Origin: an uncultured Verrucomicrobiota bacterium
GTDB taxonomy: Bacteria > Verrucomicrobiota > Kiritimatiellia > JAAZAB01
NCBI GenBank assembly: GCA_964475405.1
Contig: CAYYWX010000002.1
Span: 1-64,000, forward strand
DNA length: 64,000 nt
Direction: 5' to 3'
This document shows, one piece after another, positions 26,304-35,217 of this stretch. The first letter of the stretch is position 1. Each line of letters opens with the position of its first letter. The position numbers and the translations under genes were made by a program. Under the pieces are notes generated by a model. That model was not told the DNA's origin and did no database searches. It worked only from the letters and a program-made list of their open reading frames with translations.

Positions 26304-28565
26304 ATGATATCTAAAGAAAATGACATAAGCGCCGAGGTCGTCGTGGCGGGCGGGGGATTGGCGGGGACATTTGCCGCCATCGCCGCCGCGCGCCTGGGAT
26401 GCAAAACGGTCCTCATCCAGGACCGGCCGGTGCTGGGCGGGAACGCCTCAAGCGAATTGCTGGTGGGGATTTGCGGCGCGGACTGTTCCGGGAGCGCCCT
26501 GGCGCGCTATGTCCGGGAAAGCGGCCTGGTGGACGAATTCGCGCTCCAATTGCTCCGGCGCTCGTCAAATTTCGCGAGCGCCGCTCCCCTGCACAGCGTG
26601 ATCCTCTGGGAAATGGCCCAGCGCGAGGCGAACCTGTCCCTTTACCTGAACACCTCCGTCCGCGATGTCAGTAAAAATTCCGGCGGAAATATCGCCTCCA
26701 TTCGCGCGAGCCAGATTTCAACCGAGAAGGAATTTACGTTTGAGGGCCGGATATTCATAGACTGCACCGGCCATGGCACGCTCGGGGCGCTTGCCGGCGC
26801 CGAATTCCGGATGGGGCGCGAGGCGAGGACGGAATTCGGGGAAACCCTCGCGCCGGAACTTGCCGACCGGAAAACCATGGGCAATTCGCTGATCTTCTGC
26901 GCCCGGGACATGGGACGGCCGGTTCCTTTCACCGCCCCGGCCTGGGCGCGCAAATTTCCCACCGACGCCGATTTGCCCTTCCGTCATCCGGGGATGGAAA
27001 AACTTGACCTGGAAAGCGATGAAATCTGCGGCTTCTGGTGGATAGAATACGGCGGCGAAAAAAACACCATTGATGACGCGGAGGCCATCCATGACGAGTT
27101 GTTGAAAATTTTATACGGGGTCTGGGACCACATGAAGAACACCGGCGATCATGGCGTGGCGAACTACGCCATCACCTGGATTTGTCCTTTCCCCTCCATG
27201 CGCGAAAGCCGGCGGCTGATCGGCGAATACATTCTGAATGAAAACGATTTGCGGGCGCGGACGGTTTTCCCGGACCGGGTCGCCTACGGCGGGTGGGCGA
27301 TTGACATTCATCCGCCCGGGGGTATTTATGCCGGCGAGCCGCCCTGCACGCACGAGTACCTTCCCGGCCCGTGCAGTATTCCCCTGCGTTCGCTATATTC
27401 AAAAAATATTTCCAACCTGCTTTTCGCGGGACGCAATGCCAGCGCGAGCCACGTGGCGTTGGGCACGGTGCGCGTCATGGCGACCTGCGCCGTGATGGGG
27501 CAGGCCGCCGGGACAGCCGCCGCCCTGTGCCTGCGCCATAAATCAACCCCGCGGCAACTTGGGAGAGAACGCATCGTTGAATTGCAGCAGCAATTGCTGA
27601 AGGACGATTGTTACCTGGTCGGGATGAAAAACGCCGATCCGGAAGACTTCGCCCGCGGCGCCGTAGTCAGCGCTTCCAGCGAGGCAACTTTGGACTTGCG
27701 CCGGGCCGACGACGAATGTGAATTAAAAACGCCCGCGGCCCAGATGTTTCCGGTCAGCGCCGATCGCCTGGAAAAGGTGGAGCTGCTGTTGCGGTCCGAA
27801 TGTCCCGGCCCGGCGCGGTTAAGTCTCGGCCTGAGGTCGGCCGCCACGATCAACGATTTTTCGTCCGCTGAAGATTTGGCCGTTGCGCAGGCCGATATTT
27901 TTCCAGGAAAGCGGCAATGGATTGCGTTTGATTTCAACCTCCCCCTGCCGGCGGACCGGTATTATTGGATTCATTTGCCGGCCGTTCCAGGCGTTCATTG
28001 GGCCATCCAGCGGCCCAGCCCGCATGGCGTCAACCGGGCAACCTGGTCAATGATGCGCGACAAGGAATGCTGGCGCTCAATTCCGTCATCCGGCCACGAA
28101 CAGGGAAACCGCGGAGCGTTCGTGATGCGCTTGACCCCGGCGGCGCGTCCCTACGGCCCTTCCAATGTCGTCAACGGGGTCAACCGTCCGGAACAGGGCG
28201 CCAATTTATGGATGTCGGACCCGGCCAGTCCCTGGCCGCACAGCCTTGAGTTAAAATTGCCGGCCCCGGCCGTAATCGGTCAAATACGGATCACGTTTGA
28301 TGACGACCTGGATGCGAATATTTATTTGCCGCCGCCCTGGGGAAGGTTGGGGAGGGGATTGATGCCGACCCTGATGAAAAGCTACGCGGTCTTCGCGTTT
28401 GAAGAGGGGGCATGGAAGATGCTTTTGCAGGAGGAAGACAATCAGCGGCGGCTTTGTGTGCATGATTTCCCGGCTGTCCGGACGGACCGCATCCGGCTTG
28501 AATACCGCGCCAGCCATGGCGCGGCGGAAGCGCGGGTTTATGAAATCCGTCTCTACGGGCCGTGA
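26304..28565 (+). CDS. FAD-dependent oxidoreductase (PF12831 type) fused to a C-terminal discoidin/F5-8-type-C-like domain
   Basis: N-terminal AEVVVAGGGLAGTFAAIAAARLGCKTVLIQD FAD-binding motif. C-terminal …NLWMSDPASPWPHSLELKLPAPAVIGQIRITF… resembles carbohydrate-binding discoidin domains. Start set at the internal Met (26304). Confidence 0.65.
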   Translation: MISKENDISAEVVVAGGGLAGTFAAIAAARLGCKTVLIQDRPVLGGNASSELLVGICGADCSGSALARYVRESGLVDEFALQLLRRSSNFASAAPLHSVILWEMAQREANLSLYLNTSVRDVSKNSGGNIASIRASQISTEKEFTFEGRIFIDCTGHGTLGALAGAEFRMGREARTEFGETLAPELADRKTMGNSLIFCARDMGRPVPFTAPAWARKFPTDADLPFRHPGMEKLDLESDEICGFWWIEYGGEKNTIDDAEAIHDELLKILYGVWDHMKNTGDHGVANYAITWICPFPSMRESRRLIGEYILNENDLRARTVFPDRVAYGGWAIDIHPPGGIYAGEPPCTHEYLPGPCSIPLRSLYSKNISNLLFAGRNASASHVALGTVRVMATCAVMGQAAGTAAALCLRHKSTPRQLGRERIVELQQQLLKDDCYLVGMKNADPEDFARGAVVSASSEATLDLRRADDECELKTPAAQMFPVSADRLEKVELLLRSECPGPARLSLGLRSAATINDFSSAEDLAVAQADIFPGKRQWIAFDFNLPLPADRYYWIHLPAVPGVHWAIQRPSPHGVNRATWSMMRDKECWRSIPSSGHEQGNRGAFVMRLTPAARPYGPSNVVNGVNRPEQGANLWMSDPASPWPHSLELKLPAPAVIGQIRITFDDDLDANIYLPPPWGRLGRGLMPTLMKSYAVFAFEEGAWKMLLQEEDNQRRLCVHDFPAVRTDRIRLEYRASHGAAEARVYEIRLYGP

Positions 28566-28600
28566 GGCGAAGGTCCGGGTCTCACGCCTGAAATGAAAAT

Positions 28601-28676
28601 GCGGCGACAGGGCCTGTCGCCCTCCAATTGAGATTGGATATTGGATTTCTGGAGGGCGGACGGCCACGGCCGCCGG
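28601..28676 (+). repeat. Roughly 70-bp REP/MITE-like structured repeat, copy 2
   Basis: gcggcgacagggcctgtcgccctccaattgagattggatattggatttctggagggcggacggccacggccgcc. It is near-identical to 7017-7086 in the same orientation. Confidence 0.7.
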
Positions 28677-28728
28677 AATTCATGATTTGAATGCAATATG
28701 GCGGATATGATTGGTGTCCATCGGCAGG

Positions 28729-29403
28729 CTACGTTCTGTTTACCGCGACAATAAACGGCAATTCCCTGTATTTTTCGGCGTGATCCAGCCCGAAGCCGGC
28801 GACAAAGACGTCCGGTATTTGAAAGCCGACGAAATCCGCGAGGGATGATTTTGCATGGCGCGCCAGGCGGCGGCCGGACTTGTCCAGCAGAACGCAGGTC
28901 TTGATTGATTTCAGGCCGTTCTTCCCGCCCCCGGTTTTTTTGCCAATGTGCCTTTTGAGGCGGTCGAGGGTGAGTCCCGTGTCGCAGATATCTTCAATCA
29001 CCATGACGTTTCCGTCGCGGGGCAGGTTTAGTTTGCCGGTTATGCGGCAATATCCCGCGGAGCGCGTTGACTTGCCGTATGAGGAAGCGTGGATAAAGTG
29101 CAGGACCACGTTCGGCCCGCCGAGGCGGAATATTTCCTGCGCCAGCCGGCATCCGAAGAACACGGCCCCCTTCAGGACAACCAGGAAATGAATTTCCTTT
29201 ATCTTTTTCCGGCGCGCCTCAAGGATAATTTCCCGCGCCAGACCGGTAATCCGGCGTCCTAGCAATGTGGCCGAAATCAGGACGGAATATTGTCCCCTGC
29301 CGCGGGTTTTTATCCAGGCAAGATCATCGCGGTCGCTGGCATGCACCAGGCCGTCCGGCGGGACGACTATGTGCGTTGGAGTGGCGGGCCGGCGCGCGGT
29401 CAC
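28729..29403 (-). CDS. hpt: Hypoxanthine-guanine phosphoribosyltransferase
   Basis: PRTase motifs VMVIEDICDTGLTL, the ASSYG loop and the C-terminal FVAGFGLDHAEKYRELPFI resemble E. coli Hpt. The start is uncertain. The start codon overlaps the stop of the upstream CDF gene. Confidence 0.85.
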   Translation of the reverse strand: MTARRPATPTHIVVPPDGLVHASDRDDLAWIKTRGRGQYSVLISATLLGRRITGLAREIILEARRKKIKEIHFLVVLKGAVFFGCRLAQEIFRLGGPNVVLHFIHASSYGKSTRSAGYCRITGKLNLPRDGNVMVIEDICDTGLTLDRLKRHIGKKTGGGKNGLKSIKTCVLLDKSGRRLARHAKSSLADFVGFQIPDVFVAGFGLDHAEKYRELPFIVAVNRT

Positions 29404-30377
29404 GGCTGATTCCCGGTCGTTTTTTTATGCTCCGGCCGCGCGTTCGGTTTATTCTTGACCAGGCAACCCGCCATGCATTTCGGGTAACATTTTGACTTGC
29501 AGGGCTCGACATGGATGGTGACGAGCGAGTCGGGCATTATTCCCCTGATTTTGGCGACCAGCTCGTCCGTCAATTGGTGCGAGCTGTTAACGGACATGGC
29601 CGGGTTGACCAGGACATGGAATTCAATAAAACGCCGTCCGCCGGATTTGCGCGTGCGCAGGTTGTGAAAACCCCGGATTTGCAAGTCGTGCGAAACGATC
29701 AAAATGCGGATTTGTTCCTCCTCGGCCTGTTCCAGCCCGGTATCAAGCAGGTCCCGGACCGATTTGATGGTCAGGTCATAGGCGGCCTTGAGAATCATGG
29801 TGGCAACCATCAGCGCCGCGACCGGGTCAACCCAGTTGAGATTGATGTCCGGAAGAAAATAATCGCCGGCCCAGATAATGCCCAGGCCGGCCATGACGCC
29901 GACCGAGGTCCAGACGTCGGTGCGCAGGTGCCAGGCGTCCGCCTCCAGGGCGATTGAGTCGGTCTTTTTGCCGACCATGAAAAGCAGGCGGGAGACAATC
30001 CAGTTTAACACCGCGGAAACCAGCATCACCACGACGCCCCAGGCCGGGGCCTCAATGTGCCGGGGCTGAATCAGTTTTAAGATTGATTCGTAGATAATCC
30101 AGCCGGCGGCCACGAAAATAAGGAGCGCCTCAATGGCGCCGGAAAGGTTTTCCGCCTTGCCGTGCCCGAAGGGGTGTTTTTGGTCCGCCGGCTTGCCGGA
30201 AATCTGGACGGCGATATAGGCGATAATGGCGGCAATGAGATCCATGCCGGAATGAATCGCCTCGGAAATGATCGCAATGGAATTGATCATCAGGCCGACA
30301 ACGATCTTGCCAACGACCAGGAAGGTGTTGGAAAGCACCGAGAGCAGGGCCACGTTCGTTTTTTGACGCTGGGTGTT
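29400..30377 (-). CDS. Cation diffusion facilitator (CDF) family divalent-metal efflux transporter with Cys-rich C-terminal tail
   Basis: Six-TM CDF core with SEAIHSGMDL and HPFGHGKAE motifs and a cytoplasmic C-terminal domain. Extra tail …VEPCKSKCYPKCMAGC. Start set at MNTQRQK. Confidence 0.88.
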   Translation of the reverse strand, partial: NTQRQKTNVALLSVLSNTFLVVGKIVVGLMINSIAIISEAIHSGMDLIAAIIAYIAVQISGKPADQKHPFGHGKAENLSGAIEALLIFVAAGWIIYESILKLIQPRHIEAPAWGVVVMLVSAVLNWIVSRLLFMVGKKTDSIALEADAWHLRTDVWTSVGVMAGLGIIWAGDYFLPDINLNWVDPVAALMVATMILKAAYDLTIKSVRDLLDTGLEQAEEEQIRILIVSHDLQIRGFHNLRTRKSGGRRFIEFHVLVNPAMSVNSSHQLTDELVAKIRGIMPDSLVTIHVEPCKSKCYPKCMAGCLVKNKPNARPEHKKTTGNQP

Positions 30378-30505
30378 CATTTCCTTTGTAAAACAATACA
30401 AAACTTATTCCTGCCTTGCAATCAACATAATTTACAAATAACATTAAAACATAGTTTCTTCGCAATTATAAACTGCTTTAGTCCCATAAATGAGGCCGGT
30501 GTTCA

Positions 30506-31978
30506 ATGCGTTACGCTATTGTTTCTGATATTCATGCCAATTGGCAGGCCTGGAAAACGGTCCTGCTTGATATCCGCAGCTCGCACATTGACCAGATCAT
30601 TTGCCTCGGCGATACGGTCGGGTACGGGCCGAATCCATGCGAGGTGTTGGAGTCGGTTTACGCGGCGGTTGATCACTTCGTGCTGGGGAATCATGACGCG
30701 GCGCTGTGCGGCAAGCTGGACGGCGCGCTTTTTAATGCCCAGGCGCGCTTGATCCTGGATTGGACGCGCGGCCGGGTCAGCCGCTCCGCGCTGGACTTCC
30801 TGAAAACAATGCCGCTTTCGCTTGCCGGAAAAAATTTCCGGTGTGTGCACGGCGAATTTGACGAGCCGGGCCGCTTTAACTATGTGTTTGAACCCAAGGA
30901 CGCGTTGCGTTCGTGGCAAGCTGTTGAAGAGCCGTTGCTTTTCAACGGGCATACCCATTGTCCGGGAATTTTCTTGATGGGCGGCAGCGGAAAGCCGCAT
31001 CGTATTGATCCGGAAGATTTTGAACTTGAACGCGGGAAACGCTTCCTGGTCAATGTCGGGTCCGTGGGTAATCCCCGGGACGGCGACGTGCGCTCGTCCT
31101 ATTGCATTTATGACCTGCGGCAAAACGCCGTTTTCTGGCGTAAAATACCTTTTGACCTGGAGGCTTACCGCCAAGCCATGCATGCTGCCGGTCTGCCGCT
31201 GGAGATCGGCGGGTTTTTGGAGCGCGACCCGATGCTTTCCGCTCAGCCGCTGCGCGCCATCTTGAATTTTACTCCGCCGGCTTCAAAGGAGCAGTCCGTC
31301 AAGGACGTCGTCGAAGTCCAAAACATCAAGGCGCTGAAAGGAAAAGCGCAACGCTGGCGCCTGGTCGCGCTGGCATCGGCGCTGATTGTTTTCGCCTTGA
31401 TCATCACGGGCGCGGTTTACCGGCATGGTCAGATTCATCGCGAAGCGATCATCGGCCGGGCCGATGTTGTTGCCGTTACGCGCGTTGTCCCATCCCGAAA
31501 TCTTTTGATTCTTCCGGATTCTCCGATGTCGCCGAACAGCGCCGTGCCGGGGTGGGTTCTGCATCTGGGCGATAAGTACCGGCAAAGCGTTGAAGTTTGC
31601 CGGGGCGACGACGGCGACATGGAATTTCGGATTTTATCATCCAATCCGAAGGTGGAGATGGGGGTATCATCAGGCGCCGTTACCGTGACCGATGACATGA
31701 AATTCGTCCTGGAGGCTTCCTTCCGCAAAAGCGCTGATTTTGAAGGCAGCGCCTGGGCGGCGGTTTCGCTGGTGAAAAAAACGGCGGAGGAAGAAATTGC
31801 CGTGGAACAATATATTGTCAAAGAGCCGGCCCTGACGCGCCGCAACGGATGGACGCTGGCAAAGCAGACGTTTGATCTGCCAAAGGGGACGCGTTCCATC
31901 CGGCTGCACGTGCGGGGCAAATTCAAGGGCGCGGTCTCGGTAAAAAATATTACTTTACAGCGCAAGGGTGAAAATTAG
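30506..31978 (+). CDS. PPP-family metallophosphoesterase (ApaH/PrpE-like) with a predicted TM helix and roughly 170-aa C-terminal extracytoplasmic domain
   Basis: SDIHAN, GDTVGYGP and GNHD metallophosphatase motifs in the N-terminal 250 aa. Hydrophobic segment WRLVALASALIVFALIITGAVY. The C-terminal domain has no recognised family. Confidence 0.75.
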   Translation: MRYAIVSDIHANWQAWKTVLLDIRSSHIDQIICLGDTVGYGPNPCEVLESVYAAVDHFVLGNHDAALCGKLDGALFNAQARLILDWTRGRVSRSALDFLKTMPLSLAGKNFRCVHGEFDEPGRFNYVFEPKDALRSWQAVEEPLLFNGHTHCPGIFLMGGSGKPHRIDPEDFELERGKRFLVNVGSVGNPRDGDVRSSYCIYDLRQNAVFWRKIPFDLEAYRQAMHAAGLPLEIGGFLERDPMLSAQPLRAILNFTPPASKEQSVKDVVEVQNIKALKGKAQRWRLVALASALIVFALIITGAVYRHGQIHREAIIGRADVVAVTRVVPSRNLLILPDSPMSPNSAVPGWVLHLGDKYRQSVEVCRGDDGDMEFRILSSNPKVEMGVSSGAVTVTDDMKFVLEASFRKSADFEGSAWAAVSLVKKTAEEEIAVEQYIVKEPALTRRNGWTLAKQTFDLPKGTRSIRLHVRGKFKGAVSVKNITLQRKGEN

Positions 31979-32126
31979 ATCTGGAATTTAGGCTAAGCCC
32001 GGGCGGCCGGGAGCCGGCGATGTTTCAATTGTCCGGAAATATGGCGCGAGAATTATATTTCTTCGGGATTGAATATTTGATCCATTCTGGCAAGCTGTAT
32101 GTTTTTAAAGAAGGAGTTACCGGCAA

Positions 32127-32603
32127 ATGATTCGCACCGGGATAGGTTTTGACATTCATCGCTTTGCGGCGGGGCGGAAATTGATCCTCGGCGGAGTGCT
32201 GATCAAGTCGCGGGTCGGGTTGAGCGGTCATTCGGACGCGGATGTCCTCTGCCACGCGGTCATGGACGCGTTGCTGGGGGCGGTTGCCGACGGCGATATC
32301 GGCGTGCACTTTCCCGACAATGACAAGCGCTGGAAAGGCGCCGACAGCCTGAAACTGCTGGCCGTGGTCGGCGCGCGGTTGAAAAAGAAGCGGGCGGCAA
32401 TTGTCAATATTGACGTTTCCGTGCTGGCCGAAAGGCCGCGCCTGGCGCCTTATCGCGAAAAAATGCGCAAGAATATTTCGCGGGCGCTGGGACTGGACGA
32501 GGGAAGAGTATCCATCAAGGCCACGACGCTTGAAGGCTTGGGGGCTTTGGGTCGCGGCGAGGGAATCGCGGCCATGGCGGTGGCGTCGGTGGAGTGCGGC
32601 TAG
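32127..32603 (+). CDS. ispF: 2-C-methyl-D-erythritol 2,4-cyclodiphosphate synthase
   Basis: Full-length match to the IspF family (IGFDIHRF…SGHSDADVLCHAVMDALLGA…ATTLEGLGALGRGEGIAA). Confidence 0.95.
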   Translation: MIRTGIGFDIHRFAAGRKLILGGVLIKSRVGLSGHSDADVLCHAVMDALLGAVADGDIGVHFPDNDKRWKGADSLKLLAVVGARLKKKRAAIVNIDVSVLAERPRLAPYREKMRKNISRALGLDEGRVSIKATTLEGLGALGRGEGIAAMAVASVECG

Positions 32604-32649
32604 GCAAGAGGTTTGACCGTTCAAGGTTCACCGTTCAGGGTTAAGAAAA

Positions 32650-33069
32650 ATGAAGATTGGACGATTTGAGGATATTGAGGCGTGGCAACTGGCGCGGGAA
32701 CTGACAAGAGATGTTTATCGCATAACCCGGAAACCGCCTTTTGCGCGTGATTATGAACTCAAGGGACAGATCAGAGACGCAGCCGGTTCGGTAATGCATA
32801 ATATCGCGGAAGGTTTTGATTCCGATACGAGTTTGGAATTCATCCGGTTCCTGCGTTATGCCAAACGCTCTTGCACTGAGGTTCAGAGCGAGCTCTATGT
32901 TGCCTTGGATGAGGAATATATTTCTCAAAAAGAGTTTAAAGAGGTCTATGAACTCGCCGGAAGGACGCGAGCTGTCATCCATGGATTTATCAAATATCTC
33001 GTGAAATTTGAGGAGTGGAAATCAGCCAATCCTAAACGCAGAGATTTGACGGTTAACTCTGAACCTTGA
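32650..33069 (+). CDS. Four-helix-bundle protein (TIGR02436 family, the 23S rRNA intervening-sequence protein family)
   Basis: MKIGRFEDIEAWQLARELTRDVYRIT…AEGF…EFIRFLRYAKRSCTEVQSELYVAL is the characteristic family sequence. It is flanked by imperfect inverted repeats built from ccgttca/aggttca units. Confidence 0.85.
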   Translation: MKIGRFEDIEAWQLARELTRDVYRITRKPPFARDYELKGQIRDAAGSVMHNIAEGFDSDTSLEFIRFLRYAKRSCTEVQSELYVALDEEYISQKEFKEVYELAGRTRAVIHGFIKYLVKFEEWKSANPKRRDLTVNSEP

Positions 33070-33085
33070 ACGGTGAACGGACAAC

Positions 33086-34528
33086 ATGCTGACCATATTC
33101 AACACTTTGACCAGGAGAATGGAGGAATTTATCCCTCTTGCCCCGCCGGCGGCGGGAATGTACACCTGCGGGCCGACGGTTTACGATTACGCCCACATCG
33201 GCAATTTCCGGGCCTATATTTTTGAGGACATCCTGCGCCGCTACCTGAAGTTTTGCGGTTTCAGGGTGCGGCAAATCATGAACCTGACGGACGTGGACGA
33301 CAAGACGATCCGGGGGGCCAGGGCCGCCGGACTGGCCTTGAACGATTATACTCGTAAATACAAGGAAGCTTTTTTTGCCGACCTGGGCACGCTCAATATT
33401 GAGCCGGCGGAACTTTATCCGGCGGCTACCGGCCATATCCCGGAAATGATAAAGCTCATTGAGACCCTGGTCGGCAAGGGTTACGCCTATCCCGCCGCGG
33501 ACGGCTCGGTTTATTTCAGCATATCCAAGTTCGGGCAATACGGGAAACTGGCGCACCTTGACATGGAAGGGCTCAAGCCCGGGGCGCGGGTCGCCCAGGA
33601 TGAATATGAAAAGGAAAATGTGTCCGATTTCGCGCTCTGGAAGGCGCATCATGCCGATGACGGCGATTTTGGCTGGGATTCGCCCTGGGGCCGGGGCCGG
33701 CCGGGGTGGCATATCGAATGTTCCGCGATGAGCATGAAATATCTCGGGGAATCGTTTGACCTGCATACCGGCGGGATTGACAATGTTTTCCCCCATCACG
33801 AGGATGAAATCGCCCAGAGCGAGGCGGCCACCGGCAAGCAGTTCGTCAAATACTGGATGCATTGCGCCCATCTCGTGGTGGACGGGCGTAAGATGTCCAA
33901 GTCGCTCGGCAACTTTCATACCCTGCGCGATTTGATCCGGAAAGGTTATACGGGCCGGGAAATCCGCTATGTGCTGCTTTCGGCCCAGTACCGCCAGGCG
34001 CTTAATTTCACCTTTTCCGCGCTGGACGCGGCCCGTTCCTCGCTCCAGCGCCTGGATGAGTTTGGCGGGAGGCTGCTTGAAATTGTCGGACAGGATAAAA
34101 ATAATTTTGTTACAAAAAACATTACTGCAACCGGTCCGTTGGATGATTTTAATTGGGTTGACGGATTTTTAAATAAATTCCGCGCGGCGATGGATGAAGA
34201 TTTGAATGTGCCGGAGGCATTGGCGGCGTTGTTTGACCTGGTCCATGAAGGCAACCGGAGGATGACGGCCGGGCCGCTCCCGCAGGCCCAGGCCTTGAAA
34301 GTGCTTGAAACGCTGGCGGCAATTGACAGTGTTTTGGGTGTTTTAAAACATGACGACGACCAGCCCGGGGGTGACCTGGTTGAACTGGCGCAAAAAAGGC
34401 AGAATGCAAGGACGGGCAAAAACTGGGCGGAAGCCGACCGTTTTCGGAAGGAAATTGAGGCCAAGGGCTGGATCGTCCAGGACCTGGCGGATGGGTTTAA
34501 ACTGAAGAGGCACAAAGGCGCAAAGTGA
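33086..34528 (+). CDS. cysS: Cysteine--tRNA ligase
   Basis: Class I aaRS HIGN motif (YAHIGNFRAY), KMSKS motif, zinc-binding Cys residues and the C-terminal anticodon-binding domain. Confidence 0.97.
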   Translation: MLTIFNTLTRRMEEFIPLAPPAAGMYTCGPTVYDYAHIGNFRAYIFEDILRRYLKFCGFRVRQIMNLTDVDDKTIRGARAAGLALNDYTRKYKEAFFADLGTLNIEPAELYPAATGHIPEMIKLIETLVGKGYAYPAADGSVYFSISKFGQYGKLAHLDMEGLKPGARVAQDEYEKENVSDFALWKAHHADDGDFGWDSPWGRGRPGWHIECSAMSMKYLGESFDLHTGGIDNVFPHHEDEIAQSEAATGKQFVKYWMHCAHLVVDGRKMSKSLGNFHTLRDLIRKGYTGREIRYVLLSAQYRQALNFTFSALDAARSSLQRLDEFGGRLLEIVGQDKNNFVTKNITATGPLDDFNWVDGFLNKFRAAMDEDLNVPEALAALFDLVHEGNRRMTAGPLPQAQALKVLETLAAIDSVLGVLKHDDDQPGGDLVELAQKRQNARTGKNWAEADRFRKEIEAKGWIVQDLADGFKLKRHKGAK

Positions 34529-35217
34529 CAAAGTCAAAAAGGAATGATAAAAATATTCGCGGCAAGCCATGCGCGGCGCGCGGCAAGTTGATCACGTTTG
34601 AAGGCATAGAGGGCAGCGGAAAATCCACTCATGCCCGGATGGTGGCGCAGGCCATGCGCGCGGCGGGGCATGAGGTCATTGAGGTCCGCGAGCCTGGCGG
34701 TACGCGCCTGGGCGAGGCGATCCGGTTGCTGCTGAGCCGGAAAGGGGGCGCGGAAAAAATGTGCGCGCCGTCGGAGTTGTTGCTTTTCATGGCGAGCCGC
34801 GCCCAGCTGGTGCAAACGGTCATCCTGCCGGCCTTGCGGCGCGGCGCGCATGTCATTTGCGACCGGTTTTCGGATTCCACGGCCGCCTACCAGGGCTATG
34901 CCCGCGGCTGCGACCTTGAATTGATCGCGCGCATCAACGCCTTCGCGGTGCAGAATATTTCCCCGGACCTGACGATTCTCCTGGATCTTGACCTGCGGAC
35001 CGGTTTCAAAAGGCTGCATTGCCGCAATCGGAGGCATGGAACTGAAAAAGACAGGATTGAAAGCGAAAACATGACTTTTCATAAACGCGTCCGCCACGGC
35101 TATCTTGTCCTGGCTAAGAAAACGCCCGGGCGATTCAGCGTTATCAAAGCGGACCGGCCGGTAAAAAACGTTCATGCGGATATCTGGAAGGCGGTGCGGA
35201 ATGCCCTTGGAGGGTGA
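34525..35217 (+). CDS. tmk: Thymidylate kinase
   Basis: P-loop ITFEGIEGSGKST, the DRF motif (ICDRFSDST) and overall dTMP kinase fold. Overlaps the cysS stop. Confidence 0.9.
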   Translation: MTKSKRNDKNIRGKPCAARGKLITFEGIEGSGKSTHARMVAQAMRAAGHEVIEVREPGGTRLGEAIRLLLSRKGGAEKMCAPSELLLFMASRAQLVQTVILPALRRGAHVICDRFSDSTAAYQGYARGCDLELIARINAFAVQNISPDLTILLDLDLRTGFKRLHCRNRRHGTEKDRIESENMTFHKRVRHGYLVLAKKTPGRFSVIKADRPVKNVHADIWKAVRNALGG

